Source: an uncultured Candidatus Bathyarchaeia archaeon (GTDB taxonomy: Archaea; Thermoproteota; Bathyarchaeia; Hecatellales; Hecatellaceae). Taken from it: DNA of 61,270 nucleotides. The first letter of the stretch is position 1; the number at the start of each line of letters is the position of its first letter. The DNA lies in the NCBI GenBank assembly GCA_964569845.1, contig CAZMUQ010000004.1, positions 1 through 61,270 of the forward strand. Direction: 5' to 3'. Both the position numbers and the translations under genes were made by a program. Shown in pieces: positions 19,156-30,293 of this stretch. Under the pieces are notes generated by a model that did no database searches, was not told the origin of the DNA, and saw only the letters and a list, made by a program, of their open reading frames with translations.

Positions 19156-19815
19156 TTGACGATTCTACGTTTTGATATACTTGGTAGTCCAAATATAGGA
19201 GTATTTTCCCTTGCAACTGATAAGTTTGTAATTTTGCCTAACGGTTTACCTGAAAGAAAAATTGAGAGAGTTGAAAAAACCTTAAATGTTCCATCCATTA
19301 CCATAGACCTAGCTTACTCTAAACTTATTGGTGTTTTAGCTTCAGCAAATTCTAATGGAATAATTTTACCTCACTACGCTGGTGAGGATGAAGTTGCGCT
19401 TTTAAAAAGAAGCCTTAAAGTTAATGTTGAAAAAATTTTAAGTACAAAAACTTCATTCGGAAATCTTATTTTAGCTAACGATAAAAAAGCTATAGTTTCA
19501 CCTATCTTAACCAAGAAAGAACTAAAGATTGTTGAAGATATACTTAATGTTGAAGCCTGCTTTGGAATGATTGCAAACTCACCTTATGTTGGTTCTGTTG
19601 CAAGAGCAACTAATAAAGGTGTTATTCTTCATCCAAAAACATCTAGAAAGGAGGAAGAATTTATCTCAAAATTTTTTGATTTACCAACAGTTTTAAGCAC
19701 AGTAAATAATGGTGTACCGTTTATTGCTAGCGGGATACTTATAAACAGTTATGGAGCTTTAGTAGGCTCATTAACAACAGGCCCCGAATTGATGATTATC
19801 TCCTCAATACTTTAA
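19156..19815 (+). CDS. eif6: Translation initiation factor aIF6
   Basis: GSPNIGVF, LIGVLASANSNG, GNLILAND, TVNNG, TTGPEL. Confidence 0.93.
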   Translation: MTILRFDILGSPNIGVFSLATDKFVILPNGLPERKIERVEKTLNVPSITIDLAYSKLIGVLASANSNGIILPHYAGEDEVALLKRSLKVNVEKILSTKTSFGNLILANDKKAIVSPILTKKELKIVEDILNVEACFGMIANSPYVGSVARATNKGVILHPKTSRKEEEFISKFFDLPTVLSTVNNGVPFIASGILINSYGALVGSLTTGPELMIISSIL

Positions 19816-19823
19816 GGGGTTAA

Positions 19824-20234
19824 ATGTTGAGGAGAGGAATAAACGAGGAAAGAGAACTTGTACATAAGCTTAATAATCTAGGTTTTGCTGTCTTACGTGC
19901 ACCATCTTCAGGTTCAAGAACAAAACTTGATAGACCTGATATCTTAGCTGGTAGAAGGGGGTTATATCTAGCTATTGAGGTTAAATCTACGAGAAAAAAT
20001 ATAATCTACATCGCTGACGAATCTGTTAAACAGCTTATAAGATTTTCCGAAAAATTTGGTGCAAAACCTTTTATTGCTGCAAAATTTAAGAAAAAAGGTA
20101 TTGGATGGCGTTTAATAGAACCTGAAAAACTTGAAAATACAGGTAAACACTATAGGTTAACATTTAACCAACTTTTATCTGAAGGTAAAAGTTTAGAAGC
20201 AATTATAACAAAAACTCTTACAAACTATATTTGA
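19824..20234 (+). CDS. hjc: Holliday junction resolvase Hjc
   Basis: G...ERELV, FAVLRAPSSG, PDILA, IEVKS. Confidence 0.93.
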   Translation: MLRRGINEERELVHKLNNLGFAVLRAPSSGSRTKLDRPDILAGRRGLYLAIEVKSTRKNIIYIADESVKQLIRFSEKFGAKPFIAAKFKKKGIGWRLIEPEKLENTGKHYRLTFNQLLSEGKSLEAIITKTLTNYI

Positions 20235-20235
20235 A

Positions 20236-20958
20236 CTACAATTTTTTAAGTAAAATCTTATAAATCTCCCTAATATGTGAATCTCTCCTTAAGTTTAACA
20301 GTTTAACAAGTTTCCATTTTCTTAAAACTTCTTCAGCTAGGTCAAAAATTTTTTCAACTCTATCAATTATAACAGTATCACTACTAACAGCAATATCTCC
20401 ATAATTTAGAACTTGATTATCAGCCTGCTTTACAGCCAAGAAATCCCCTTTTAAACTTTCATCTAAAAATATTTCCTTAGCAAGTGAGGCTAGTTTTCCA
20501 CTATAGCTTACCTGAGAATCAAAAAATAATCCTACACTTTTAGGTTTAAGGTTTTTAAGAGTTTTAGCAATCAACTTTAAAGCTTTTAAGGTTACCGGGG
20601 TTATCTTATGTTTTCCATGTACTGCTGAAACATCTCTAACAAAATAGTCATCACAAAAGATTACCAGTTTACCTTGAAGAGAAGATTCAACAGTGATAAG
20701 TACATTATAACCATCAATACCAATTCTTCTTCCACAAACATCATGCTTAAGAACTTTTTTTTCTTTATGTTCTAAAGCTTTTTTAAATCCATAAACACAA
20801 CGATAAAGTATAAGTCTAAATTGCTTGTTAAGCTGGTAATGATCACCTACAAATTTTAATGCACTTTCTCTATCGTATTCTCTATCCAAAAGATACCTAA
20901 AATCTTCAATAGCCATTTTAAACTTTAGAAAACCATTAAACTCTTTAGAGGCAGCCAA
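20236..20958 (-). CDS. DUF434 domain protein (PIN-like)
   Basis: YLLDREY..ESAL..VG.HY, IDGYNVLITVES, RD, SSD..IID. Confidence 0.8.
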   Translation of the reverse strand: MAASKEFNGFLKFKMAIEDFRYLLDREYDRESALKFVGDHYQLNKQFRLILYRCVYGFKKALEHKEKKVLKHDVCGRRIGIDGYNVLITVESSLQGKLVIFCDDYFVRDVSAVHGKHKITPVTLKALKLIAKTLKNLKPKSVGLFFDSQVSYSGKLASLAKEIFLDESLKGDFLAVKQADNQVLNYGDIAVSSDTVIIDRVEKIFDLAEEVLRKWKLVKLLNLRRDSHIREIYKILLKKL

Positions 20959-21006
20959 TTTATGGAACCTATAAAGAATAGTTAGGAGGAAGATTGCCTA
21001 TTAAAA

Positions 21007-23898
21007 CTATTCTTCAATAAATATTGCTGGACGGTACGGCTCCGCAATCTGAGATTTACCTTTTGGATCTACTTTAGCTTTATCATCCTCTCTAAAAACA
21101 TAAACTAAAGCGTTAAACTCTTTTTCAAAAAATTTTTTAGCATCCATTAAAACTTCATACTCATCTATAAAGCCAACTTTTAATCTTTTACCTGCAACAT
21201 CTTCAGGCATCTTTAAGATATCCTCAACAATTTTTTTAATGTACTTAGCAGCTAAAGCACCCTTCTCCTTTATTTCAAGGGAAGATATAAGATTTTTAAT
21301 TATTCCTTTATTAAGACTTTTTTCTAAACGTTTACTTAAAACTTCAAGGTAAATCTTCCATTTCCAATCTGATGCCACATAGTAGAATATTCTTTTAGGT
21401 TTAACTTTTATCACTTTAACAATATCCTTTGTATCCTCAAAAAGATTTTGAATAAGTTCTTCTGAAACCTCATCTTTAAGGCTAGGTTCAACTTCACCTC
21501 TAGGCCATCTAGCAGTTGAAATGAAACCTTTTTCACCAAATTTTTCCCAAAGTTCCTCAGCTAGGTGAGGCATGAAAGGGGCTAAAATTCTAACCCATAC
21601 ACTTGTAGCCTTTAAAATAGCATTTCGATTCGGTTTTTCAACTCTCCTAAGGTACCATCTGAAACTTCTCCAAACTTCGTAAAGGGCTGTTTCTAAAGCT
21701 GTTCTTGTTTTTAAAACTTCAATATTCTTGGAAACCTTTTCCACGTGATGATAAATAGATGTTAAAAGCCATCTATCCATATGTGTTTCATCTTCACGAG
21801 TATCCCTAATTTCCCTAATTTCCAAAAGGAAGTTGTATAAGGCATTTAAGTTGTTTCTAATCTCTATAAGGCTTGTATTTCTCCAATTTGGGTCATCCAT
21901 GTCTTCAGCCGCAAGCAGAACAGTACACCTTGTTATATCAGCCCCAACATCATCAAGAGCCTGCCTTAAAGGAATAAAGTTCCCCTTTGATTTATGCATC
22001 TCTTCTCCTTCAACCCTCATAAAACCATTTACACCCACAGCTTTAGGCCAATGTTCAGGTGGGAAAAGTGCTGCATGATGAAAAATGTAAAATGTTAGAT
22101 GGTTTGGTACAAGATCTTTCCCAGAATTTCTTAAGTCTATTGGATACCAGTACAAGAATTCTTTGCGAATATCGCTAATAAGGTTAGCTGGTATCCCTAT
22201 TTCTTTTGAAATTTTCTCAGCATCTCCTAGTCCATAAAAAACATAGTCAAAAAAGTTTTCAGTTAACTGTTCAGCTTTTAACCCGTACATTCTAATATGC
22301 TTATTTACAGTGTAGAAAGCTGGATAAATTGTTGAGTCACTAAGTGTTTCAACAATCCAATCTTTTGCCCAAGGTAAGGGAGTTCCAAGCCCTGTTTTTC
22401 TTGTACATGCCCAATCATGAAGCCAGTCTATAACATCCTCAAACCATTTTCTAGCTTCTTCAGGATAAATCTTCATTTTTGATAAAAGATTCTTCGCCTT
22501 CTCTTTCCATTCAGGGTTAGAATAGTTTAAAAACCATTGATCTTGAAGAACTTTTACTACGCATCGTGTTGTACATCTACACACAACTTTTTCAGGCAGC
22601 TCATACATAACATCAAAAAAACCTTTATCCTTAAAATCTTCAATCAATTGTTGCTTAACCCTTGAGATAGGCTGATTAGCATAATTTCCGCAATTTTCCT
22701 TTAAAATTCCGGTATGAAACTCTTTTTTATAGATAATTTTTGTTGCTTCCTCAGCTTTGGGGTCACCCTGATCCTTAATATTCATTTTACTAACAATTTC
22801 AATAGCTGGAAAATCTCCAAAACCCTCAACCTTAACTATTGATATAGGCTTAATATTCTTAACATCCTCAACATCAATGTTAAATTTTTTAAGTAGTTCA
22901 GGATTTTCTTGTAAATCTTTTAGAGCAAGCCAATCATAAGGTGCATGGGCTGGAACACTATAAACAACACCTGTAGCATTATCAGGATCTACAAACCAGC
23001 CTGGTAGGATAAGAAGATTCCGCCCATTAACAGGCTCCATGCAAGTTTTACCTATAAGTTCTAAACCTTTAATTTCATCTAAAATTTCAACTTTTTTTAA
23101 TTGTTCTTTAAGTTTTTCAGCAGCTTCTTTACTTATTATCCATCTTTCTCCATCAACTAGAGTTTTAACATAAGTAGCATCAGGGTTTATCCATAAATTT
23201 GTAACACCAAAAATAGTTTCAGGTCTTAAAGTTGCGGCTGGAAGATAAAAGTCATTAAACCTAAACTTTACAAGAGTATATTCTTCAGGATATACTCCTG
23301 AACCTTCAAGCCTATCAGCTTCACCTGTTGGACTTTCACATTTAGGGCACCAAACAACTGGGTGAGTCCCCTTAATAACGTAGCCTCTCTCTTTAAGCTT
23401 TAGATATTGCCATTCAATAAATTTACTAAAAGTTGGACATAGAGATGATGTATGAAATTCCCTTCTCCAATCTATTGATAAACCAAGTTTTTTAACAGCC
23501 TCCCTATTATACCTGGTGTAGTATTCAGCCATGTAAGCTGGATTAACAAATTTTTTAAGCTCATCTTCAGGAACACCATCAACCTCCCTTAAAGCTTGAA
23601 TAAACTTTTCATCCCCAAGCTTTATTCTTTCAGAGGCTCCTGCAACAGTTTCTCCAGTCCAATGCCAAGCCCATGGAAAAAGAACATTAAAACCGCACAT
23701 ACGCTTATATCTAGCATAAACATCAACCCTTGCAGCTGAGTATGCATGTCCAACATGAAGCGGCCCACTCATGTAGGGGAAAGGAAAAGTTACAAAGCAT
23801 TTAGGCCTACTCCAATCAGGGTCAGCTTCAAAAATTTTTGCTTCAAACCACTTTTTCTGCCATTTTTCTTCAATAGCTTTAAAATCAACTTTTTTCAC
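21007..23898 (-). CDS. leuS: Leucine--tRNA ligase (archaeal type)
   Basis: FPYMSGPLHVGH, TLRPET, SGKDL..NHL, MHKSKGN. Confidence 0.97.
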   Translation of the reverse strand: MKKVDFKAIEEKWQKKWFEAKIFEADPDWSRPKCFVTFPFPYMSGPLHVGHAYSAARVDVYARYKRMCGFNVLFPWAWHWTGETVAGASERIKLGDEKFIQALREVDGVPEDELKKFVNPAYMAEYYTRYNREAVKKLGLSIDWRREFHTSSLCPTFSKFIEWQYLKLKERGYVIKGTHPVVWCPKCESPTGEADRLEGSGVYPEEYTLVKFRFNDFYLPAATLRPETIFGVTNLWINPDATYVKTLVDGERWIISKEAAEKLKEQLKKVEILDEIKGLELIGKTCMEPVNGRNLLILPGWFVDPDNATGVVYSVPAHAPYDWLALKDLQENPELLKKFNIDVEDVKNIKPISIVKVEGFGDFPAIEIVSKMNIKDQGDPKAEEATKIIYKKEFHTGILKENCGNYANQPISRVKQQLIEDFKDKGFFDVMYELPEKVVCRCTTRCVVKVLQDQWFLNYSNPEWKEKAKNLLSKMKIYPEEARKWFEDVIDWLHDWACTRKTGLGTPLPWAKDWIVETLSDSTIYPAFYTVNKHIRMYGLKAEQLTENFFDYVFYGLGDAEKISKEIGIPANLISDIRKEFLYWYPIDLRNSGKDLVPNHLTFYIFHHAALFPPEHWPKAVGVNGFMRVEGEEMHKSKGNFIPLRQALDDVGADITRCTVLLAAEDMDDPNWRNTSLIEIRNNLNALYNFLLEIREIRDTREDETHMDRWLLTSIYHHVEKVSKNIEVLKTRTALETALYEVWRSFRWYLRRVEKPNRNAILKATSVWVRILAPFMPHLAEELWEKFGEKGFISTARWPRGEVEPSLKDEVSEELIQNLFEDTKDIVKVIKVKPKRIFYYVASDWKWKIYLEVLSKRLEKSLNKGIIKNLISSLEIKEKGALAAKYIKKIVEDILKMPEDVAGKRLKVGFIDEYEVLMDAKKFFEKEFNALVYVFREDDKAKVDPKGKSQIAEPYRPAIFIEE

Positions 23899-26651
23899 TT
23901 TTTAAATCCCCCTAATTCCTCACATAAAATATTTTCAACATTTTCTAAAGCTTCTAAGGCTTTTTCTGGATGCTGACTTCCACCCTGACCAAAATCTTGT
24001 TTTCCTCCTCCACTTCCACCAGCTAGCTTAGAGATTTTTAAGGCAATTTTACCTGCATGCAAACCAAGTTTTAAGGCTTCCTTTCCAACCATAACAATAA
24101 CCCTAACATTTTTTTCACCTAAAACTACGAACACCGAAACCAAGTTCGGTTTTGCCTTTGTAAGCTCAACTAGTGTTTTTATCGCTACTTCAACATCAAC
24201 TAGTTTTGATGCGTACTTAAGAAGCTGTATCCCTTTAAACTCCTTAATATTAGCTGACAATGTTTCAGCAAGCTGTCTAGCGATATTTTCCCTCAATTTT
24301 TCAACATTTTTTCTTAAACCTTTAATTTCATCAATAAGTCCTTCAATAGATTTTTCAATATCATCAGCAGAACATCCTAAAATTCTGCTTAAACTTTTAA
24401 ATCTAGAATCAACTTGCTGAACGTATTCAACTGCTTGAGGTCCAACAGTAAAATGTATCCTTTCAACACCATCCTGAATTCTCTCAGTTTTAACAATCTT
24501 TATTAAACCAATTTCACCAGTAAATTTACAATGAGTACCTCCACAAGCTTCAACATCCCAATTTTCAACCTCAACAATCCTTATCTCCCGACCTGGAACA
24601 ACACCACCCTGATAAAGTCTAAAGCCGTATTTTCCTTCAGCAACTTCTCTTGGAAGCCAAAAAGTTTTTACTGGAACATTCTTAGCTACAATATCATTTG
24701 AAAGCTTCTCAATTTCTTTAACCTGCTCATCAGTTAACCTTAAATAATGGGATATATCAAGTCTTGATCTTTCAACACCCTTTAAAGCTCCTGATTGCCA
24801 AACATGATCCCCTAAAACTTTACGTGCAGCTCCAATTAAAATGTGAGTTGCAGTATGACTTCTCATCAAGCTTTTTCTCCTTTCCCAATCTATAACTCCT
24901 ACAACATGGCAACCTACATTTGGCAGTTCTCCCTCAACCTTATGAAGAATAACATTTTTTACTTTTTGTACATCAATAACCTTAGCCTCCCCATTATTCC
25001 ATTTTAGAATTCCAATATCAGGAGGCTGCCCCCCACCTTCAGCATAAAAACATGTTTGATTTAAAACTACGTAACCTTCCTTGAAAACCTTTAGAACTTC
25101 AGCTTTAAATTCCTTTAAGTATGCATCCTCATAGTACAGTAATTTTGTTGGAGGAAGTTCCTCAACTTCTCCTTCAAATCTTAAAGTAACCTCATCTTTA
25201 ATAACCTTAGGTTTTTGAAATTTCTCGTGCATCTGCACAATTTGGGTGTAAAAGTCTTCAGGAATCTCTACATTGACCCCAAATTCCTCAGCAACTTGTG
25301 AAACATAATCTGGAGTTAAACCATGAGAATCATAAAGCATAAGAAGACTCTTTGTAGAAATCTTACCCTTTTCCTCCTCAATTAACCTTTTAATAATAGT
25401 CTTACCTTTTTGCATTGTTTCTTTAAACCTTCTTTCTTCAACATCAACCATATCAAGAATAACTTCACTTTTCTCAAGATACTCAGGAAAACTTCTAGAA
25501 ACTTCCTTAATCTGAAAATCTACAAGCTCTATAATGGGATAGTTTAAGCCTAAATAATGCATATTTCTTAAAATTTTTCTTATAAGAAGTCTTGCAAGAT
25601 AACCTGCACCCATATTTGATGGAACAACACCATCTCCAAGCATAAATACAAGTGTTCTAGAAAAATCAGCAATAGCATAAGCTGTTTCTACAGGTAAAAT
25701 TATCTTTTCAAGCTCCTCAACACTTAAACCAAGCTTTCTTGAAACATTTAACCTAAACTCCTTAAGGCTAGATTTACCTTTAAGGCTAAAAGAACCTGCA
25801 AGCTTAGATATTTCAGCAAAAATCTTTTTTTCTGGAGGTTTAATCCCAGCTAAATTATAAAACTTTCTTAAGAAGGAAGAAAAAATAGCATCATATACTG
25901 TAGGTGTTTGATTTGTAAGCCAAACAATCCTTTCAAGCCCGTAACCAGTATCAACAGTTTGAATTTTTAATGGTATAAGCTTATCTTCAGCTTGCTTATA
26001 ATGCATAAATACAAGTGTTGCAACTTCAATTCCTCCAATAACTACTTCAAAATCTTCTCCAGCATTTCCTCCTCCACTCCACATATCCTCAATAAAATTT
26101 ATTTTTTCAGGTTGAACCTTAACTTCCTCAGTAAAAAATCTAAAACAGTATTCTACTGTTTCATCATTCCAGTAAATCTTTTTATCTGGATAGTTAAAAG
26201 CATGATGAGCCATCATTTCAAACTCTGTTAAATGTCTACCAGACTTACCTACAAGGTCTATATCAGTAAACCTTATACATGGTTGGGAAATTGTTAAAGG
26301 ATTTGAGGGGGGAGGAATTACTCCATCCGTAACCCAAGGTTGGAAATCGTAAATTGAGGCCCCAACAAGATATACATCATCCCTCCACCTAGCTACAACA
26401 GGATATTTCCCTATTCTTACATGGTTGTTCCTCTCAAAAAATGATAGAAATTTTTCCCTAGCATTATCAATGTTAAGCTTTATACTAGTTGGAGGTTCAT
26501 CAATAAAGGTATAGGTTACACATGGTTGGTCTCCGCAATAATTAGCATCAGGGTTAAGTGTCCAAAAGTTTCTTCCGCACGAGATACATTTTTTCCTAAT
26601 ATACCCTTTTTCCTTAAAAAGGGAAACCTCATATATTGAGGTTAAAGTCAT
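23895..26651 (-). CDS. alaS: Alanine--tRNA ligase
   Basis: CISCG Zn site, HLTEFEMMAHH, DTGYGLER, HTATH and ACGGTH editing motifs, C-terminal GGG..GQGG; real ATG at 26651. Confidence 0.97.
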   Translation of the reverse strand: MTLTSIYEVSLFKEKGYIRKKCISCGRNFWTLNPDANYCGDQPCVTYTFIDEPPTSIKLNIDNAREKFLSFFERNNHVRIGKYPVVARWRDDVYLVGASIYDFQPWVTDGVIPPPSNPLTISQPCIRFTDIDLVGKSGRHLTEFEMMAHHAFNYPDKKIYWNDETVEYCFRFFTEEVKVQPEKINFIEDMWSGGGNAGEDFEVVIGGIEVATLVFMHYKQAEDKLIPLKIQTVDTGYGLERIVWLTNQTPTVYDAIFSSFLRKFYNLAGIKPPEKKIFAEISKLAGSFSLKGKSSLKEFRLNVSRKLGLSVEELEKIILPVETAYAIADFSRTLVFMLGDGVVPSNMGAGYLARLLIRKILRNMHYLGLNYPIIELVDFQIKEVSRSFPEYLEKSEVILDMVDVEERRFKETMQKGKTIIKRLIEEEKGKISTKSLLMLYDSHGLTPDYVSQVAEEFGVNVEIPEDFYTQIVQMHEKFQKPKVIKDEVTLRFEGEVEELPPTKLLYYEDAYLKEFKAEVLKVFKEGYVVLNQTCFYAEGGGQPPDIGILKWNNGEAKVIDVQKVKNVILHKVEGELPNVGCHVVGVIDWERRKSLMRSHTATHILIGAARKVLGDHVWQSGALKGVERSRLDISHYLRLTDEQVKEIEKLSNDIVAKNVPVKTFWLPREVAEGKYGFRLYQGGVVPGREIRIVEVENWDVEACGGTHCKFTGEIGLIKIVKTERIQDGVERIHFTVGPQAVEYVQQVDSRFKSLSRILGCSADDIEKSIEGLIDEIKGLRKNVEKLRENIARQLAETLSANIKEFKGIQLLKYASKLVDVEVAIKTLVELTKAKPNLVSVFVVLGEKNVRVIVMVGKEALKLGLHAGKIALKISKLAGGSGGGKQDFGQGGSQHPEKALEALENVENILCEELGGFKK

Positions 26652-26661
26652 CAAGCCCCCT

Positions 26662-27804
26662 TTATTCGCCAAAAAAGAATAATGCTGAATAAAGATAAAT
26701 GTTAGCCGCATCAACAACAGAATTAAGATATACATACTCATCAGCTGAATGTTCATTTCCACCCTTAGGACCAATAGTTACCGTAGGTATTCCTGCTCTA
26801 ACAACAAGGTAATTTTCATCTCCGACACATCTCCCAATAGCTTTTTTTGGAAATCTACCTTTAACTATTTTACAAGCTTTTTCAACAGCCCTAATTATTC
26901 TACTACCCCTACTACCTAATATGTAAGGTTTCATGTATGGAGTTGGTCTCTTAAAAACCTTAACTATAACTTTAGACTTCAATTTAAGTTTTCCAGCTAA
27001 GCCTTTAATCTCCTTTAAAAAAACTTCTCCAGATTCTTTTAAGCCAAGTTGTTTATCAACAACAATTCTACAAGTATCTGGAGTTGATAAAAATTCTGTT
27101 CCACCATTTATGGCTAAAACTGTAAGACCTCCCCCACCCTTCAACTTTCTAAGGGATAAAACAATTTTTGAGGCTTCAACAACAGCATCAACCTTTCCTT
27201 TTAAGCTTGAAACATGAGAACTTTTACCCTTAACAATAATATCATAAACTACACGACCAAAACGTCCAACTTCCATTCTTAGAACGCCTGTAGGTTCAGC
27301 TGAAATTGCAGCATCAATCCCTCTAAGTTTCCCAAGTCTTATAAGCTTATCACAACCTCTAGAATAAAGCTCCTCATCACTTGTTAAAGCAACAAAAATA
27401 TTTCCATGAATCTTTTTAAGATTTGTAAGCCTCTTTAAAGCCTCAAAAACAGCTGTTAAGCCTCCTTTCATATCACATGAACCAAGTCCATACATTTTAC
27501 CACCAATTATTTTAGGTTTAAATGGAGGAAAAGTCCAACCTTCAACAGGTTTAACAGTATCAAGATGGCCATAAAAAAGAAGATTTAAACCTTTAGAATT
27601 AGCTTTATAATAAGCAAAAATCGTAGGTCCACAACCTTCAACAAGTATTCTTTCAACCCTAAAACCGTAAGCTAAAAGTTTCTCTTCAACATAATCTGCA
27701 ATTTCATGCTCGTTTCCACTTACACTTGGGATTGCAATAAGCTTCCCTAATGTTTGCTTAACCTCATCAACACTAATAAGCTTAAATTTATCCAATTCAT
27801 TCAA
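26662..27804 (-). CDS. M20 family metallopeptidase (ArgE/DapE-like)
   Basis: GHLDTV, GLGSCDMKGG, SDEE, AEPT, GNEHSADE. Confidence 0.88.
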   Translation of the reverse strand: MNELDKFKLISVDEVKQTLGKLIAIPSVSGNEHEIADYVEEKLLAYGFRVERILVEGCGPTIFAYYKANSKGLNLLFYGHLDTVKPVEGWTFPPFKPKIIGGKMYGLGSCDMKGGLTAVFEALKRLTNLKKIHGNIFVALTSDEELYSRGCDKLIRLGKLRGIDAAISAEPTGVLRMEVGRFGRVVYDIIVKGKSSHVSSLKGKVDAVVEASKIVLSLRKLKGGGGLTVLAINGGTEFLSTPDTCRIVVDKQLGLKESGEVFLKEIKGLAGKLKLKSKVIVKVFKRPTPYMKPYILGSRGSRIIRAVEKACKIVKGRFPKKAIGRCVGDENYLVVRAGIPTVTIGPKGGNEHSADEYVYLNSVVDAANIYLYSALFFFGE

Positions 27805-27890
27805 CCTAGGCAGCCTAACTTAACTTGAGAGAATCTGTAAACATGCAACATTAAATAAAATGTTTAGGGAAGAAGAAAAAATTCCTTAAA

Positions 27891-28496
27891 CTATTTGAAG
27901 TCTATACTTTCCTCTCTTGAGCCATCAGCTGTTATAATTAAAAAGTCTACACCATCCCCACTTTGGATGTCACGTGCAACTGCAGCTTTAATACTTCTAA
28001 GAGCAAGATTTTTACCTTGCTCAATGGTTAAATCATCCTTATATTCAGCCTCTAAAATACCTGTAGCAATTTCAGCACCGGAACCAACACTAGCGTATTT
28101 ATCAGGTATAACAGAGCCTAACGGATCAAGCACATAAACATGGGAACCCTCAATATCAACTCCACCAATTATTGTTTGAGTTATTAACGGGAAAAGTCTT
28201 CTCTCAAAAAGTAAGTTTGCAATAAGTTTAGCCATAGCTCCAACACTAATAGGTCTTCTCCTCTCCAAAGCATAAATGCTTGCATAAGCCGATGCTTCCC
28301 TAACAAGTGTTTGCATATCACCAATAAGACCTGCACATGCTGCTCCAATTCTATCAGTTAACTTAAAAATCTTTTTCCCGGTTTTGCTTAAAAGAAGATA
28401 ACCATAGGTAACTCTCTTCTCAGCAGCTAAAATAACCCCATCCTTACATGCAATACCAACAGTTGTTGCTCCAGGTACTGGGTACTCACGGTACAT
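27891..28496 (-). CDS. psmB: Proteasome beta subunit
   Basis: Short propeptide then G-A-TTVG..CKDGVILAAEKR, GSG, RD..SGDG. Confidence 0.95.
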   Translation of the reverse strand: MYREYPVPGATTVGIACKDGVILAAEKRVTYGYLLLSKTGKKIFKLTDRIGAACAGLIGDMQTLVREASAYASIYALERRRPISVGAMAKLIANLLFERRLFPLITQTIIGGVDIEGSHVYVLDPLGSVIPDKYASVGSGAEIATGILEAEYKDDLTIEQGKNLALRSIKAAVARDIQSGDGVDFLIITADGSREESIDFK

Positions 28497-28651
28497 TACT
28501 TTACCCCTTTAAATTAAGCCTAAGAAGATTATAAAACCTTGAACCTATAAATCTCTATCGAAAATTCATTCTTTAAATTTTTAGTCTTAACTCTACCCAG
28601 AAAAGCCTAGGCATTATTATTAGGTTAAATTTTCCTACGTGTTATGCAAAA

Positions 28652-28921
28652 CTATTTTTCCTCGATGTTAGCTAAATCTGCCAATAGCCTCCTAAGCTTC
28701 CTAAGCCTTCTTATTTTTTCTATTTTTGGGAGGTAGGGTAAGCAAAGAGGGTCATGTTCAATATTGTCAATTATTTTTAAAACCTCATCTAAGGTTAACT
28801 GTTTTGATACTATGATCCCTTTTATACTGTTAAAAACCCATTCAAGGTTAATACTTCCTTCCAAACTACTTAAATAATCTATGATATAACCTCTAACAAG
28901 CCTAACAGTTGGAGGAAACAT
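28652..28921 (-). CDS. Hypothetical small helical protein
   Basis: 89-aa ORF filling the intergenic gap; no recognisable motif. Confidence 0.55.
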   Translation of the reverse strand: MFPPTVRLVRGYIIDYLSSLEGSINLEWVFNSIKGIIVSKQLTLDEVLKIIDNIEHDPLCLPYLPKIEKIRRLRKLRRLLADLANIEEK

Positions 28922-29080
28922 AAAGCTTAAAACTCCCTCCGAAAGAAACGAAATGGTTAAATACCACCAAATAAATTTAGCCCCAAATTTTTAAAAACTT
29001 TATTCTAAAACTTACAAAACAAAAATAGAAAGAAAATTAAACATGTTTCTAGCTTAAATCAACTATTCTGGAGATTAAAG

Positions 29081-30286
29081 ATGCTAAATGTTAAAAGGAT
29101 AAGAGAAGATTTTCCTCAGCTAAAATCTGGCATCATATATTTTGATAATGCTGCCAGCAGCCTAACACCAAAACCAGTTATAGATAAAATGCTAGAATAC
29201 TACATTGAATATCGTGCAAACATTGAAAGAGGTTTATACGAATCCTCCCAAAAAGCTAGTGAGGAGTATGAGGATGCTAGAAGAATAATCGCTAACTTTA
29301 TAGGTGCAAAATCAAAAGAGGAAATCATTTTTGTTAAAAATGCTACTGAAGGAGTAAACATAATTGCACACAGCATAAATTTTAAGAGAAACAATAAAAT
29401 TGTTACAACTCTTTTAGAACACCACTCAAATCTTTTACCATGGATACGTTGTAGCGAACTTTATGGGGTTAAAGTTGAATTTATTAAACCAACAATTGAA
29501 GGTTTCCTAAACCTCCCAGATTTTGAAAAAGCTATAAACGACCAAACAAAAATTGTAGCTGTAACACATGTTTCAAATGTTTTAGGGGTTGTATCACCAG
29601 TTAAAGAAATAACAGAAATAGCCCATAAGCATGGTGCAATGGTACTTATAGACGGAGCACAATCAACACCCCATATAAAAATAGATGTAAGCAAGATAGG
29701 TTGCGATTTTTTCACATTTTCAGGCCACAAAATGTGCGGACCCACAGGTTCAGGTGTCCTTTATGTACGCAAAGAGCTAATGGAAAGTTTAACACCAATC
29801 TATATTGGTGGGGGAACTATAGAGGCTGTTGATATTGGTAGTTATAAGCTTCTTAAAGGCCCCTCAAAATTTGAAGCTGGAACTCCTGCTATAGGTGAGG
29901 TGCTAGGATTAAAGGTTGCTGCTGAGTATTTAAAGAGAATAGGGCTTGAAAAAATAGAACAGCATGAAAAGATGCTATCTAAGAAAATTTATAATGGATT
30001 AACAAAAATACCCAATGTAGAAGTTTATGGACCAAAACCCGAATTTAAGTTAGGAGTAACCTCATTTAACATTAAAAACCTAAGTCCCCACGATTTAGCA
30101 TTAATACTCGATTCTAAAGCTAAGATTGCTGTAAGGTCAGGATTACACTGTGCTCATCCTTTAGTTAAATTTATACTGGGTAAGCCTCAGGGAACTGTAC
30201 GTGTATCAACCTATCTTTATAACACAATTGAGGAGGTAGAAAAATTTTTATCAATTATTGAGGAGGTTTCACGCTCAATAAGGTGA
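29081..30286 (+). CDS. sufS: Cysteine desulfurase, SufS (group II)
   Basis: YFDNAAS, EHHSN, DGAQ, FSGHKMCGPTG, FEAGTP, RSGLHCA. Confidence 0.93.
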   Translation: MLNVKRIREDFPQLKSGIIYFDNAASSLTPKPVIDKMLEYYIEYRANIERGLYESSQKASEEYEDARRIIANFIGAKSKEEIIFVKNATEGVNIIAHSINFKRNNKIVTTLLEHHSNLLPWIRCSELYGVKVEFIKPTIEGFLNLPDFEKAINDQTKIVAVTHVSNVLGVVSPVKEITEIAHKHGAMVLIDGAQSTPHIKIDVSKIGCDFFTFSGHKMCGPTGSGVLYVRKELMESLTPIYIGGGTIEAVDIGSYKLLKGPSKFEAGTPAIGEVLGLKVAAEYLKRIGLEKIEQHEKMLSKKIYNGLTKIPNVEVYGPKPEFKLGVTSFNIKNLSPHDLALILDSKAKIAVRSGLHCAHPLVKFILGKPQGTVRVSTYLYNTIEEVEKFLSIIEEVSRSIR

Positions 30287-30293
30287 TAATCAA

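Noticed and set aside
19088-19159. 23-aa Arg-rich ORF overlapping the aIF6 start (possible L41e-like peptide)
   Set aside because: Its ATG is only about 13 nt after the TATA box, hence upstream of the likely start site, and the sequence does not resemble L41e
26652-26774. Long N-terminal extension of the alaS ORF
   Set aside because: It overlaps the M20 peptidase on the same strand; ATG at 26651 follows a GGGGG RBS-like sequence
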